DNA of 54,471 bases from a virus (lineage: Duplodnaviria; Caudoviricetes): positions 1-54,471 of the IMG/VR virus record IMGVR_UViG_3300029319_007471, one strand, 5' to 3'. Shown here piece by piece: positions 30,269 through 40,193 of this stretch (the stretch's first letter is position 1; the number at the start of each line of letters is the position of its first letter). The notes beneath the pieces are model-generated. The model did no database searches. It saw only the letters and a program-made list of their open reading frames with translations, and was not told where the DNA came from. Both the position numbers and the translations under genes were made by a program.

Positions 30269-31187
30269 TTATTTTTCCTTTTATAAATTTATTTACTTCC
30301 TCTCTATAATGTTTTTGTGCGACAACTCTAAATTTTTGTTTGAATTCATCACTATTGGTTAAATCAGCTATGTATGGTAGATACGGATTTAAATCCCTAT
30401 ATTTTCTATTCTCACAGACTAACATATTATCTAAAATATATTGATTAATATCGTAACCTGATTTTGACATAATACCAGCACATTCAAAAATAAATGTATC
30501 GTCTAATCCATAGGAGCCAAATGAATCTGGTATGTCAATGTACTTTAACAAATTTGAGCTAAACAAATTAAACCAACCACCACCAAACTTAAAGTCATTT
30601 AATTTTTTTATCTTTACTTCACTTAAATAGTTGTAAACCTCAGAATCTAAGCCGTAAGGGTCATACTTCAACCATATTTTTGATTCGATGCCCATAGGTA
30701 TGTATCTATCATTTGAAATGATATTCCAACCATCATCCCATAGCCTTAAAATTTGCGAGTTTAGAATATAATATTCGTCCTTTATATTATCTAAGGCTCT
30801 AAACATATAAGCTAAATTAAATTGTGAGAAAAAGACATCAGTATCTAAATACATAAAATTTTTCGGATTATATTCTCTTATGCTATTTCTTCTTTTGTCG
30901 TTTATACCCAAACATCTATTACTTTCACCATCATTTATCTCAAAAATATTTTTGTATGTCCAATCGGATTTCGATTCCATAACTTTATACTTTTCAACAA
31001 AGAAATCCTTTGGTAATTTGCTAGCGTTCCAATCCGTATAATAATCTGATAAATTTAAGGTAAAATCTAATACAACTTTGTCGTTTTTTTCTAAATAATG
31101 ACTAGATATCTTTAATTGATTTACTATTCTTTCTAAGTCATCTATTTCACGCGGTAAACAATGTAATATTATATGAATATCATTCAT
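30261..31187 (-). CDS. Putative GT-A glycosyltransferase
   Basis: FMYLDTDV (DxD), GGGWFNLFS, YGLDDTF. Confidence 0.55.
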   Translation of the reverse strand: MNDIHIILHCLPREIDDLERIVNQLKISSHYLEKNDKVVLDFTLNLSDYYTDWNASKLPKDFFVEKYKVMESKSDWTYKNIFEINDGESNRCLGINDKRRNSIREYNPKNFMYLDTDVFFSQFNLAYMFRALDNIKDEYYILNSQILRLWDDGWNIISNDRYIPMGIESKIWLKYDPYGLDSEVYNYLSEVKIKKLNDFKFGGGWFNLFSSNLLKYIDIPDSFGSYGLDDTFIFECAGIMSKSGYDINQYILDNMLVCENRKYRDLNPYLPYIADLTNSDEFKQKFRVVAQKHYREEVNKFIKGKINE

Positions 31188-31795
31188 TTAAGTATCGTTG
31201 GTTTAAAGTTATCTTTTAAAAACTCCCAACATTGTCTTTCTGCTGATATTTTGTGGTGGCCATCTTTAAATTTATCGTAAAAATACTCTGTAGTCCTATC
31301 ATCTGTTTTTGAAAAGTAATGTCCAAATTTATATTTGTCATTGTAACCATCAAAACCAACTAAAGTTACATCCATATCGAAACATTTTAATATATGATAA
31401 GTACCTATTAAGCCAGTTGAAGGCCAACCACCCCCAAACTCAGCTTCTCTTTTTAAATTTGTTTCTACACTGGTTGGAATAAACACTAACTTTTCTGGAT
31501 ATTTATCATATTGATTTTTAATTCGTTGAACCTCTGACTCCCATTTAAAAGCTGGTGTGCCTATTAAAATGTAAGCAGTATTTTCAAATAATTCATCGGA
31601 CATATATTCATCAGTCATAAATCCATCATGCACAATCAATATATCGGTTCTACTACCAACATTTTTTTCGTATCCGTCAATACCTTCAAAAAAACCCCTA
31701 TTCATACGACAAACTAAATCAAATTTATCAATTTGTTTCCCGTATTCATTATCTAACATTGATGAACCGTTTCCAACTATAACCAATTTTTCCAT
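31184..31795 (-). CDS. GT29-like sialyltransferase
   Basis: Sialylmotif L-like VIVGNG...GKQIDKFDLVCRMN...VGSRT; motif S-like PSTG...GF; HY; H-x4-E. Confidence 0.8.
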   Translation of the reverse strand: MEKLVIVGNGSSMLDNEYGKQIDKFDLVCRMNRGFFEGIDGYEKNVGSRTDILIVHDGFMTDEYMSDELFENTAYILIGTPAFKWESEVQRIKNQYDKYPEKLVFIPTSVETNLKREAEFGGGWPSTGLIGTYHILKCFDMDVTLVGFDGYNDKYKFGHYFSKTDDRTTEYFYDKFKDGHHKISAERQCWEFLKDNFKPTILK

Positions 31796-31799
31796 AATC

Positions 31800-32432
31800 T
31801 TAACCTTTTTGTATGTTTATACTTTGATATAAGGAATTTTGTTTTTCTTGCTTTTTTATATTTTTTGGATGATATAAAGATAACTCTTCATTTGGTGGAA
31901 GATGAGCGTATGTCTTACAGCCAGTTATTCTTTCATGCACTTTACCTGCCCATCTTATATTAGGGTCATTTTTAAAAATTCTACTCTGATAATCTGGATA
32001 ATTAACCCAACCTTTTTCTGTTATTCTCCATCCCCATTTGACACAATGTTCTTCGGTTATTCCATCAACCGTATTAACTCTTGGAACCCAAATCATTTCA
32101 ACACCCTCATTTACCTCTATGATGTCTTTTAACTGATTTAGTAAATTTTTATGTGGATACTCATCAGCATCAATGTGGAAGATATAATCACCCGTACATT
32201 TTTCTATCACAAAGTTTTTTTGTTCAGCGAAGTCACCCTCAAACTTTTTATCATAAACTTTAATGTTCTTCGATTCTTTATGGTCATTTAATAAAGCACC
32301 AACTGGCACATCCATTCCATCCCTAACAATTATTATTTCATCTCCCTCATCAATATTTTTTTTCAATATTTTTAGTAATTCGAATAATTCTTCTGATTCA
32401 TCTTTTACTGTTATTCCATAACTAATCTTCAT
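31800..32432 (-). CDS. Glycosyltransferase family 2
   Basis: DFAEQKN, YIFHIDADE, YPDYQSRIF, VHERI. Confidence 0.88.
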   Translation of the reverse strand: MKISYGITVKDESEELFELLKILKKNIDEGDEIIIVRDGMDVPVGALLNDHKESKNIKVYDKKFEGDFAEQKNFVIEKCTGDYIFHIDADEYPHKNLLNQLKDIIEVNEGVEMIWVPRVNTVDGITEEHCVKWGWRITEKGWVNYPDYQSRIFKNDPNIRWAGKVHERITGCKTYAHLPPNEELSLYHPKNIKKQEKQNSLYQSINIQKG

Positions 32433-32904
32433 CTTGCTCCTCTACTTTTTTCTTTTCTTCAGGCGGTAATACATCCGCTCCATAATCATAATCAGCTAAT
32501 TGTAAGCCCGTAACCCTATCCAATCTAAATGTCCTATATGAATCCATTACTTTTGGTATTTTACTTAATTTATTTTTATAAAACGCTCTTATCGCACCTC
32601 TAACCAATGGTAGTGATAAGGTTCTAACTTTAGTCTCCGGGTCTACGGATGTCTGTGGGTCTTGTATAAAATTAATTAATCTTTTTAAATATTGAGGTGC
32701 TAGGCTATTTAAATCAATTGAATGTATATATCTTTGACTTCTAGCACCAGCTAATGGCCAAACATTTAAAACTAAAGAAATCCTTAATCCTGCGGAGCTT
32801 TTACCTTTATACCTAAAGTAAATTATGTCACCATTTCGGATTTGATTAATTTTGATGATTTTGAATTTTTTTATTTTTCTACGATGTAGATTGTAGAATT
32901 GCAT
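32422..32904 (-). CDS. Hypothetical protein (possibly a distant T4 gp2 DNA-end-protector-like fold)
   Basis: GDIIYFRY...IHSIDLN...YRTF pattern; weak resemblance only. Confidence 0.35.
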   Translation of the reverse strand: MQFYNLHRRKIKKFKIIKINQIRNGDIIYFRYKGKSSAGLRISLVLNVWPLAGARSQRYIHSIDLNSLAPQYLKRLINFIQDPQTSVDPETKVRTLSLPLVRGAIRAFYKNKLSKIPKVMDSYRTFRLDRVTGLQLADYDYGADVLPPEEKKKVEEQDED

Positions 32905-32906
32905 AT

Positions 32907-33365
32907 TTATCTCTTTATATCCTGTGCTATACCCATATCTTTACAAGCTTCCAAAAATGAATATTGTTCATAGGATTTGGCATTTTCAACATCCAATCTT
33001 TTTTCGTGCCCATCATACTTTTCTCTCATATTAGGTGGAATATCGATAACTTCAGCATATTTCCAAACCCACATTTTCATATTACCCTCAGGAAATATTA
33101 TACCCTTTGAACCCATATTAACAACTGAAGGAAACCAAATAATATTTCTTTTGGTATCTTTAAATTGTAAGTCCTGCACTAATTTTGGAGAACTCTTAAT
33201 ATAATTATCAAATTCTTTACTATCCAATGTAAATCTACTATCACTCATAAAACCACAGTTGAAACAAAGATAAGAGCTTGATTCAATTTTACTATCTAAA
33301 AGCACGGATTCTTCAAAACATAAATCTTCATCAAAACAAACAGGACATTGAATTACTCTCTCCAT
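32907..33365 (-). CDS. Zn-ribbon hypothetical protein
   Basis: CPVC...CFNCG. Confidence 0.6.
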   Translation of the reverse strand: MERVIQCPVCFDEDLCFEESVLLDSKIESSSYLCFNCGFMSDSRFTLDSKEFDNYIKSSPKLVQDLQFKDTKRNIIWFPSVVNMGSKGIIFPEGNMKMWVWKYAEVIDIPPNMREKYDGHEKRLDVENAKSYEQYSFLEACKDMGIAQDIKR

Positions 33366-33366
33366 A

Positions 33367-34662
33367 TTAACCTTTCTTTAGTTTTGGTAATTTTAAATCC
33401 ATTTGTTGTGGTTGTTCATCAAACTTTGGTAGATGCTTTGTCAATATTTTTTCAAACTCTTTCGTCATTGCGTTTAATGAAAATTGACTTTTGTTGATTT
33501 TACCTTGCTTCTTTCCTTTGAAAGAATAGTTTTTAAAATTAGACCTAACATCTTTTAAAACCTTAGCAGCCTGAGTATAATTAATTGTAGCCCATTGTGC
33601 TCCCTCAACGTAAATATTTTCAGGAAATGAATCTTTGTGAACATCGGTCATTTCTACTGGTAATAATATTGATAGATTTTTATTCAAAAAATCAACATGC
33701 CCACTCCAACCTGTAGCAATAACTGGTTTTTCAGCCATAGTGAATTCTAATAAAGGTCTTCCAAATCCCTCACCATGCGTGAATGAAATTAAAGATTTAA
33801 TTTTATGATGATTATACAATTCATTCATTTGTATATCAGTTAACGTACCGTGCAATAAATAAATGTTAGGTAGTGTTTTTTTGAAACTTACTGTGTGTCT
33901 TATCTCCCTAATTTTTTTGAAAATAGCTTCTCTATCCAAAACAGATGGTAATGCTCCGCTAGTTTTCAAAACTAATGCTGGTGGATTTTTTGTATCTTTA
34001 AAAGCAGTTAGAAAAGTTTTTATCATCATATAACAATCTTTTCTATCTTGCCCATCAACACCCTGCAACCAATGTCCAACAAATAAAAAAGAAAAATTTT
34101 CTTTTATGTTAGATAGTTCAGATTTAATAGATTCATCCGATACTTTTAATTTTTTAAAAATATCTGTATCGGCTCCTTCAAATAAAACCTCTATTGGTTT
34201 TTCAGATTTAATTTCACCTACTTTGTTTTTATCTTTATCAAAAGAATCAAAAACAACTGAATTAAAAATATTTTTAGCGTGCACTGAGGGAACGATATTC
34301 ATATCCATACGATTTAAACCCTGTATCCAATCAACAGGACAAGCAGTAGTTTCTATACCTGCGGTTATTCCAATATTATATTTGCCGATAGGTTGAAACT
34401 CATTAGGAACTACAATGTGAATATGTATATCTGGTTGCCTGTCCAAGTTCGGTTGTGATAAACACAAATCTAATATCTTTTTATCATTTGGGTCATTTTT
34501 ATCTAATGCGTCCCAAGAAGTATTACCCCATCTAACTGGAAATATTTTAATATCAAATTTATCTATATCAATCAATGAACGGACTATATCTCTTGCATGC
34601 GCACCATAACCAGAACGAGTCTGGACTGGCGCTGTAACTAATAACAATGGTTTATAACTCAT
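33367..34662 (-). CDS. GT-B (GT4-like) glycosyltransferase
   Basis: SGYG, FLFVGHW, RKD, HGEGFGRPLLE, PVIATGWSGHVDF. Confidence 0.88.
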   Translation of the reverse strand: MSYKPLLLVTAPVQTRSGYGAHARDIVRSLIDIDKFDIKIFPVRWGNTSWDALDKNDPNDKKILDLCLSQPNLDRQPDIHIHIVVPNEFQPIGKYNIGITAGIETTACPVDWIQGLNRMDMNIVPSVHAKNIFNSVVFDSFDKDKNKVGEIKSEKPIEVLFEGADTDIFKKLKVSDESIKSELSNIKENFSFLFVGHWLQGVDGQDRKDCYMMIKTFLTAFKDTKNPPALVLKTSGALPSVLDREAIFKKIREIRHTVSFKKTLPNIYLLHGTLTDIQMNELYNHHKIKSLISFTHGEGFGRPLLEFTMAEKPVIATGWSGHVDFLNKNLSILLPVEMTDVHKDSFPENIYVEGAQWATINYTQAAKVLKDVRSNFKNYSFKGKKQGKINKSQFSLNAMTKEFEKILTKHLPKFDEQPQQMDLKLPKLKKG

Positions 34663-34671
34663 ACTCTACCT

Positions 34672-36144
34672 CTATACTTTATGTAATTTAAAAGGTTTTT
34701 TAGGTTTCCATTTTTCAAAAGCGGTATCCATATGACTGATAAAGTTTTTACACATATTTTTAGCAGTCATCATAGCATCATCGCTCAATACAAAATCTCT
34801 ACCCAATCCACCACATCTTTCTCTTTCATCTCTACCTGCATCATACCACTCTTTAATTCTATCAGCAGCGTCATCGAATCTACATCTATCATCAAAAATA
34901 TAAGGTGTTGGTACAGAACCAACCAAAGCTCTATTAGACGGCCAAACAGGTTTTACCCATTGACCGTGTGTTAGATTTTCGTTATTAGCCCATTTTTTAT
35001 CATCATGTAATGATTTGATTTTATCATAGTCCTTAGCAGTCAAAAGTTCTTCTGTATAACCACTATTATCATTGTTTGGTTTTCTTAATCGAAACCCACA
35101 TTGGTCTTGTAATCCACCTGTAACATTAACAATAATAGGAGTTCCACTCATCAATGATTCACAAGTTGCTAATCCAAATCCCTCATTTGACGCGATATTA
35201 ATAGTGACATCAGCTATGTTATAAAGAAAATTCATATGTTTATTATCTTCTTTATTGACTGAGTAATGAACATTACAATCTGACGCTACGGCCTCTACCA
35301 CAGCTGGAATATCAGTTCCATTTTCATCAACTGGTGCCGTATGAAATAATAAGGCACATTTTTTAGCTCTCTCCTTAGGTAACATATCACAAAAAGTTTT
35401 AAATGCTAATACAACATCACCAGGCATTTTTCTTCTAATATTTCTATTATTGTAGTAAAGAACAAAATCGTACTGATTATTTTCGAGTATCCTATTTTTA
35501 AATTTGTTAAGTTCATTATACTCTGAATGTAATTCATCTATAGGATAGAAAAAGTCTTCATTGATACCATGTGGTATGTAAGTTACTTGCCAATCCTCAG
35601 GTGGATTAGTCTTCCAAACATCCTTTACAATAGCTACACTTTGTTTAGAAATATTCATAATTAAATCACAAGATTCATAATACCATTCGTTATATTTAGG
35701 AGCTGGCCAGTCGTCCCAAATATTGTAATAAAATATAGGAATATTTTGTCTTATCTCATGCTCAATTTGATATAACCATACCCAAAATCGTGGGTCGGTA
35801 TAAATCATTATAGCATCAGGCTTTTCTACTTGTATTAAGTTTCTGACTAATTCCTGTGAACCATAACCATTTACTGCATATATTTTTAAATCAGCATCTG
35901 CTATACCTGTATCTTTTCGTACAGAATCATTCATATTAATTACTTTACCATTTTCAGGATGTTTTATAGCTCCGCCAATTTGAACCCAATCATATCTATC
36001 AAGCGTACCTAATACAAACTCTCTTGACATCGTTCCTACGCCGGAGGACATTCTTAAGTCATCGGCGAGCAACATAATCTTTTTCTTTTTTCTAGTTTTA
36101 ACCTGTGATGTGGTTTTCAACTTAGGTAATTTTATTTCGTTCAT
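34672..36144 (-). CDS. GT-B (GT4-like) glycosyltransferase
   Basis: IPHGI, NRNIRRK, NEGFGLATCES, GTPIIVNVTGGLQDQ. Confidence 0.88.
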   Translation of the reverse strand: MNEIKLPKLKTTSQVKTRKKKKIMLLADDLRMSSGVGTMSREFVLGTLDRYDWVQIGGAIKHPENGKVINMNDSVRKDTGIADADLKIYAVNGYGSQELVRNLIQVEKPDAIMIYTDPRFWVWLYQIEHEIRQNIPIFYYNIWDDWPAPKYNEWYYESCDLIMNISKQSVAIVKDVWKTNPPEDWQVTYIPHGINEDFFYPIDELHSEYNELNKFKNRILENNQYDFVLYYNNRNIRRKMPGDVVLAFKTFCDMLPKERAKKCALLFHTAPVDENGTDIPAVVEAVASDCNVHYSVNKEDNKHMNFLYNIADVTINIASNEGFGLATCESLMSGTPIIVNVTGGLQDQCGFRLRKPNNDNSGYTEELLTAKDYDKIKSLHDDKKWANNENLTHGQWVKPVWPSNRALVGSVPTPYIFDDRCRFDDAADRIKEWYDAGRDERERCGGLGRDFVLSDDAMMTAKNMCKNFISHMDTAFEKWKPKKPFKLHKV

Positions 36145-36159
36145 TATAACCTCACAATT

Positions 36160-36423
36160 CTAATCATTTAACAATTGTTTCTCCACTTGACCATTATAAT
36201 CATCCGCAAAATATTTATTTAAAGCCTCAAGTAAATCATCATAATTTGCTATTTGCTCTAACTCTTTTTCAATACTATCCATAATATCTGGATGTTCACC
36301 GACACCTACTGAATTATTTAACATATTTTCTACATTAACAATATGCTTTGCGATATGCGCCTTAAAATGTATTTTACTAGCTTTTATTAATTCACTTCTC
36401 AGATTAATCCTACTCATCGTCAC
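36160..36423 (-). CDS. Hypothetical phage protein
   Basis: 87-aa helical ORF with NSVGVGEHPDI; AGGAG RBS. Confidence 0.65.
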   Translation of the reverse strand: MTMSRINLRSELIKASKIHFKAHIAKHIVNVENMLNNSVGVGEHPDIMDSIEKELEQIANYDDLLEALNKYFADDYNGQVEKQLLND

Positions 36424-36426
36424 TCC

Positions 36427-36618
36427 TTATAAATTACTGCCGCTTGGTTTAAGGGCTTTGTGTTCTTCTATTCTTTTCTTAAAACTATCATCGGACACAT
36501 ACAATTCCATTGAACGATTTACTAATTTTTGCAACGTAAATTCTTTTTCAAAACTTAATGTTTTAAAATCTTTATATAAATCCTCTAATAGTTTTACGGT
36601 TGTTAATTTTAAACTCAT
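36427..36618 (-). CDS. Ribbon-helix-helix-like DNA-binding protein
   Basis: LTTVKL strand followed by two helices (DLYKDFK, LQKLVNRSMELYV). Confidence 0.55.
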   Translation of the reverse strand: MSLKLTTVKLLEDLYKDFKTLSFEKEFTLQKLVNRSMELYVSDDSFKKRIEEHKALKPSGSNL

Positions 36619-36657
36619 AATAATCTCTCGTATATGTATATACATATATATATCAAA

Positions 36658-37062
36658 CTAATTAATAATAATGTATTTTTTATTTAGCTTTTGTGCTTCC
36701 TTAATTGTATGGAGTGCTCCTGCAGTTTTAGAGTTTTTATCAATAAAGGCTACAACGTAATCAGAGTATTCTGCTATCTCTTTATTTCTTTTAAAGTAGT
36801 TTGAAACATAATATGGTTTATTATATTTAGTAGCTGGTAATTTACAATGCATATTCCAATTATAATGAGACGGTGGGAACTCTACATATTTTAAACCAAA
36901 CTCCAGCGCATATTTCTTAGCAAAACCATCAGCACCATCCTTTTGTCCCCCACTTACTATTTCTGTATCTAATCCAAAGTTTTCTTTTATTTTAAAAATA
37001 AAATCTTTGATAACAATTTTATTATCGTATATCCTACTACCAACTATGGCTATCTTCTTCAT
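36658..37062 (-). CDS. SLOG / DUF2493 (YspA-like) protein
   Basis: KIAIVGSR, IVSGG...GAD, RNKEIAEYSDYVVAF...G...TI. Confidence 0.8.
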   Translation of the reverse strand: MKKIAIVGSRIYDNKIVIKDFIFKIKENFGLDTEIVSGGQKDGADGFAKKYALEFGLKYVEFPPSHYNWNMHCKLPATKYNKPYYVSNYFKRNKEIAEYSDYVVAFIDKNSKTAGALHTIKEAQKLNKKYIIIN

Positions 37063-37510
37063 AGTCGTTCCTTTTTTGTTTCTTTGGTTTTGGTTTGAGT
37101 GTGAATGTTAGTATATTGTTAAATTCTTCTAATCCATTTAAGAATTGTTTTTGGTCTCCTTTTTGATAAATATATTTAAATCTACAATCTAAAGAGGTTG
37201 ATAGTATTTCGTTCACCTTATTTTTGTCTTCATTTGAAACTAAATTAAACCAAGCAAAATTATATACTTTTATATTATTCAAACTTTTAATCGTAGTTTT
37301 AAAGGGTAATTTATTTTGTGTGTTATCAACGAACCTTTTTAATTCCTTAGCCATTAATTTTTCATCTTCAAACCAAAATAAAGTTTGAAATGGATAGCGA
37401 GTTTTTTCATATATCAATTCAATTCTTTTAATTACGTCGTCTTCTATTTTTTGTCCGATGAAATCATCTAGTTTAATTCTTAAAGATGCGTTAAAATAAG
37501 TTGGATGCAT
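37037..37510 (-). CDS. Hypothetical protein
   Basis: 157-aa ORF, translationally coupled to its neighbours. Confidence 0.6.
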   Translation of the reverse strand: MHPTYFNASLRIKLDDFIGQKIEDDVIKRIELIYEKTRYPFQTLFWFEDEKLMAKELKRFVDNTQNKLPFKTTIKSLNNIKVYNFAWFNLVSNEDKNKVNEILSTSLDCRFKYIYQKGDQKQFLNGLEEFNNILTFTLKPKPKKQKRNDYEEDSHSW

Positions 37511-38373
37511 TAGTTTTTCCTATCACATAAATCTGGTTTATCTTTGAATTCACACCATTTACAATTTTTAGTCGTAGCTATTTTCTTATATTCTTTATTT
37601 GTGTTATGTTGTCCATTTACAAAGCAATCATCCATAAATACTTTTAACTCATTAACCACCTTATTTATGCTTGGTGTGCCATTAGCTGGTATAAATGTTT
37701 GAACTCTTCTCTGAGGAAAGTCTAAATTTTCATATAGTTTTCTTTTAACTATAAAGTATTCAACATCGATTTTATTTAGCGGAATATCATTTTGTTTTGA
37801 GTAAAATTGTTTGTATAATAAAAGTTGATTAGTTTTATTTTTATCGGCCTTCATCCATTTGTTCCAACCCATAGTGGATGTTTTGATATCAATAATTTTA
37901 TACCTATCTCTCACAGTATCATAAATTAAAACATCTATAAATCCTACAAACTTAATACCATTTGGTAAATCATAATCTATAGGAACCTCAATACCAACTA
38001 GCTCATAACCCTTTTTACTAAAATACATACCACGTTTCTTTTTAAACCACTCTAATATTAGTAATCCATGCTGATAAAACTCACCCATATCACTTTGACT
38101 ACAAAATTCTTCTCCGCCATTTTTTTTCAAAGTATTGACAAAGTTGTCTTTCATTTGTGTTAACAACATTTCGTTTAGGTTTAAGGCGTCAGCTGCTTTC
38201 ACCGTATCCGTATACATAGTTGTTAAGTAAGTTTGTAAAACTTCATGCATAGATGTACCAAATAATGTATGAATGTTATCGGTAAATTTACCTAACTCAT
38301 CGATATAATTTAGTTTCCATTTGTATGGACATTGTGTCCACATAGAAAATTGACTATAACTAATTTTTTTCAT
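37510..38373 (-). CDS. PD-(D/E)XK RecB/Cas4-like exonuclease
   Basis: ISYSQ...CP, FGTSMHEVL, GFIDV, IIDIKT, QLLLY, CKWCEF...C. Confidence 0.88.
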   Translation of the reverse strand: MKKISYSQFSMWTQCPYKWKLNYIDELGKFTDNIHTLFGTSMHEVLQTYLTTMYTDTVKAADALNLNEMLLTQMKDNFVNTLKKNGGEEFCSQSDMGEFYQHGLLILEWFKKKRGMYFSKKGYELVGIEVPIDYDLPNGIKFVGFIDVLIYDTVRDRYKIIDIKTSTMGWNKWMKADKNKTNQLLLYKQFYSKQNDIPLNKIDVEYFIVKRKLYENLDFPQRRVQTFIPANGTPSINKVVNELKVFMDDCFVNGQHNTNKEYKKIATTKNCKWCEFKDKPDLCDRKN

Positions 38374-38542
38374 TCGTCATTTCATCGATTAACACTAAAG
38401 CAATTTCCGATGCTAATACCTCTTTTGATGAATCACTAGCCAAATTAATTTGCCTATCGGTATATCTATCCAATACCTTTTTAACTACTTTTTCAATATC
38501 CTTTTCATCAACATAATACAGGTGATTAAACATTTGTGCCAT
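38360..38542 (-). CDS. Hypothetical protein
   Basis: 60-aa ORF with AGGAG RBS. Confidence 0.55.
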   Translation of the reverse strand: MAQMFNHLYYVDEKDIEKVVKKVLDRYTDRQINLASDSSKEVLASEIALVLIDEMTNEKN

Positions 38543-38551
38543 TACTACTCC

Positions 38552-38995
38552 TTATAATTTAAGCTTTTTAATTAACTTTGGGTCAGTACCATACTTATTT
38601 AGAATTTCAACTAACTCAATCTTACCACCCTCAGACATCATATAAACATCTAAATATCCAATAGCTTCAGATATGCTCACCTGATAATGTTTAGCTACTA
38701 TTTCTAAAACCCATTTTTCGTACTGCATATCTTTTTTTCCTTTTATATATCTCAACCATTGTTTCTTCTTAGGTAGAACGTTTGTGTATAATTTATATAA
38801 GACATTTGGAGATAAATTATATTTTTGTAATTCATTTACCAACTCAATCCAATCCGACTTCATAGATAAAAATCTATGTGTCATATAATTTGACCACGTT
38901 TTTTTATCCTCATCAGAAATTTCATCCCAATAATTTGGATTCTGAACAGAGGTTATCTGATTTATGTGGTCGAATAAACTTTTTTTCTTAATCAT
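38552..38995 (-). CDS. gp62: Clamp loader small subunit (gp62-like)
   Basis: LFDHINQI, YMTHRFLSM, LPKKKQWLRYIK, VAKHYQVS; close to gp44. Confidence 0.75.
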   Translation of the reverse strand: MIKKKSLFDHINQITSVQNPNYWDEISDEDKKTWSNYMTHRFLSMKSDWIELVNELQKYNLSPNVLYKLYTNVLPKKKQWLRYIKGKKDMQYEKWVLEIVAKHYQVSISEAIGYLDVYMMSEGGKIELVEILNKYGTDPKLIKKLKL

Positions 38996-39273
38996 AGACT
39001 TGGGTCAAAAGCACTTTTTGGTTTATCATCAACACCGCTACCGTCCAACATACCATCAGCAACTTTACCACAGTTACCACAACTATAAACCTGAATAGGG
39101 ACTAATGCTTCTTGGCCGCTTGGTGATACTAAAGCTGATAATCTTTTTAAAACAAAAGATTGAATCCACAAATAATTGTTACAATCTTCACATTTAATCG
39201 TTTCAGCGTCTCTTAAATCAACTTGGACTTGTTGTTGTTTTTTAGGTAAAGGCCCTTTTGGATGCATACTCAT
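38992..39273 (-). CDS. Zn-ribbon protein
   Basis: CEDC...CGNCG. Confidence 0.65.
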   Translation of the reverse strand: MSMHPKGPLPKKQQQVQVDLRDAETIKCEDCNNYLWIQSFVLKRLSALVSPSGQEALVPIQVYSCGNCGKVADGMLDGSGVDDKPKSAFDPSL

Positions 39274-40193
39274 TTTATTACTCCTAATAATTCTATTAAC
39301 ATAGCCATCGCATTGATTTCTTTATCAACCACTTGACCATCTGAAAGTTCGTATCTGGCTATTATCAATATACACTCTGCCACGTGACCAGCACCCCAAC
39401 TATCAACCTCATCATATAATAATCTAAATAAATCTGCAAAATCAGTTATCTTATTATCAGCTAATAATTGTCTTATTTCTTTGAATGCGTCTTTCTTTGG
39501 TTTTGTTTTTAATATTTCTAATAACTTAAGTTTGTAATCATTTTGTATAATACTTTTAGTATCTAACTTTAGTTCATTGTTAACGATATTTCTTTGTGCT
39601 GAATTAATAACCCTACGGATATCAGGATATCCACTTTCTATCAATACCTTCAAATCGTCAATGTTACTATTAATATTTTCTTTAACCAAAATATTGTGAA
39701 GATGTTTTGCCACATCACTTTTGGATGGAGGGATTATCTGGAAAGATTGACATCTACTTTGTATTGGGTCAATAATTCTTTCAACATAATTACAAGTCAA
39801 AATAAACCTACAATGTTTTGAGAATGTTTCCATAAGGTTACGAAGAGCGGCTTGTGCGTTTGGTGTAATATAATCACACTCATCTAAGATAATCACTTTC
39901 ATATCTTTGAAACCGATGGTAGATGCGAAGTTCTTAACTTTGGTTCTTACGGTTTCAACGTTATTCTCATCCGATGCGTTGATATAAAGATAATCACATT
40001 CTATATTATTTACTAACAATTTTGCGAGAGTGGTTTTACCTGTACCAGCCTTACCATATAGTAGAAGATGTGGCAAGTCCCCACTCTCAAGATAAATAGA
40101 CACCTTACTTTTTAGATGCTCATTACCAATGTAGGTGTCTAGATTGGAAGGCCGATATTTTTCTACCCATAGAGTATTAGTTGAATGATTCAT
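39270..40193 (-). CDS. gp44: Clamp loader AAA+ subunit (gp44 / RFC-like)
   Basis: LWVEKYRP, GKAGTGKTT, INASDE, ILDECD, SRC. Confidence 0.95.
   Translation of the reverse strand: MNHSTNTLWVEKYRPSNLDTYIGNEHLKSKVSIYLESGDLPHLLLYGKAGTGKTTLAKLLVNNIECDYLYINASDENNVETVRTKVKNFASTIGFKDMKVIILDECDYITPNAQAALRNLMETFSKHCRFILTCNYVERIIDPIQSRCQSFQIIPPSKSDVAKHLHNILVKENINSNIDDLKVLIESGYPDIRRVINSAQRNIVNNELKLDTKSIIQNDYKLKLLEILKTKPKKDAFKEIRQLLADNKITDFADLFRLLYDEVDSWGAGHVAECILIIARYELSDGQVVDKEINAMAMLIELLGVIK

Noticed and set aside
15915-36144. Glycan island as host chromosomal LPS/capsule locus or chimeric assembly
   Set aside because: Same strand, similar composition and the same GATC avoidance as the phage genes; interspersed with phage-type ORFs; no wzx/wzy or ABC export genes.
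37510-38373. Cas4-like nuclease as evidence of CRISPR-Cas
   Set aside because: No array or other cas genes; stand-alone exonucleases of this type are common in phage replication regions.
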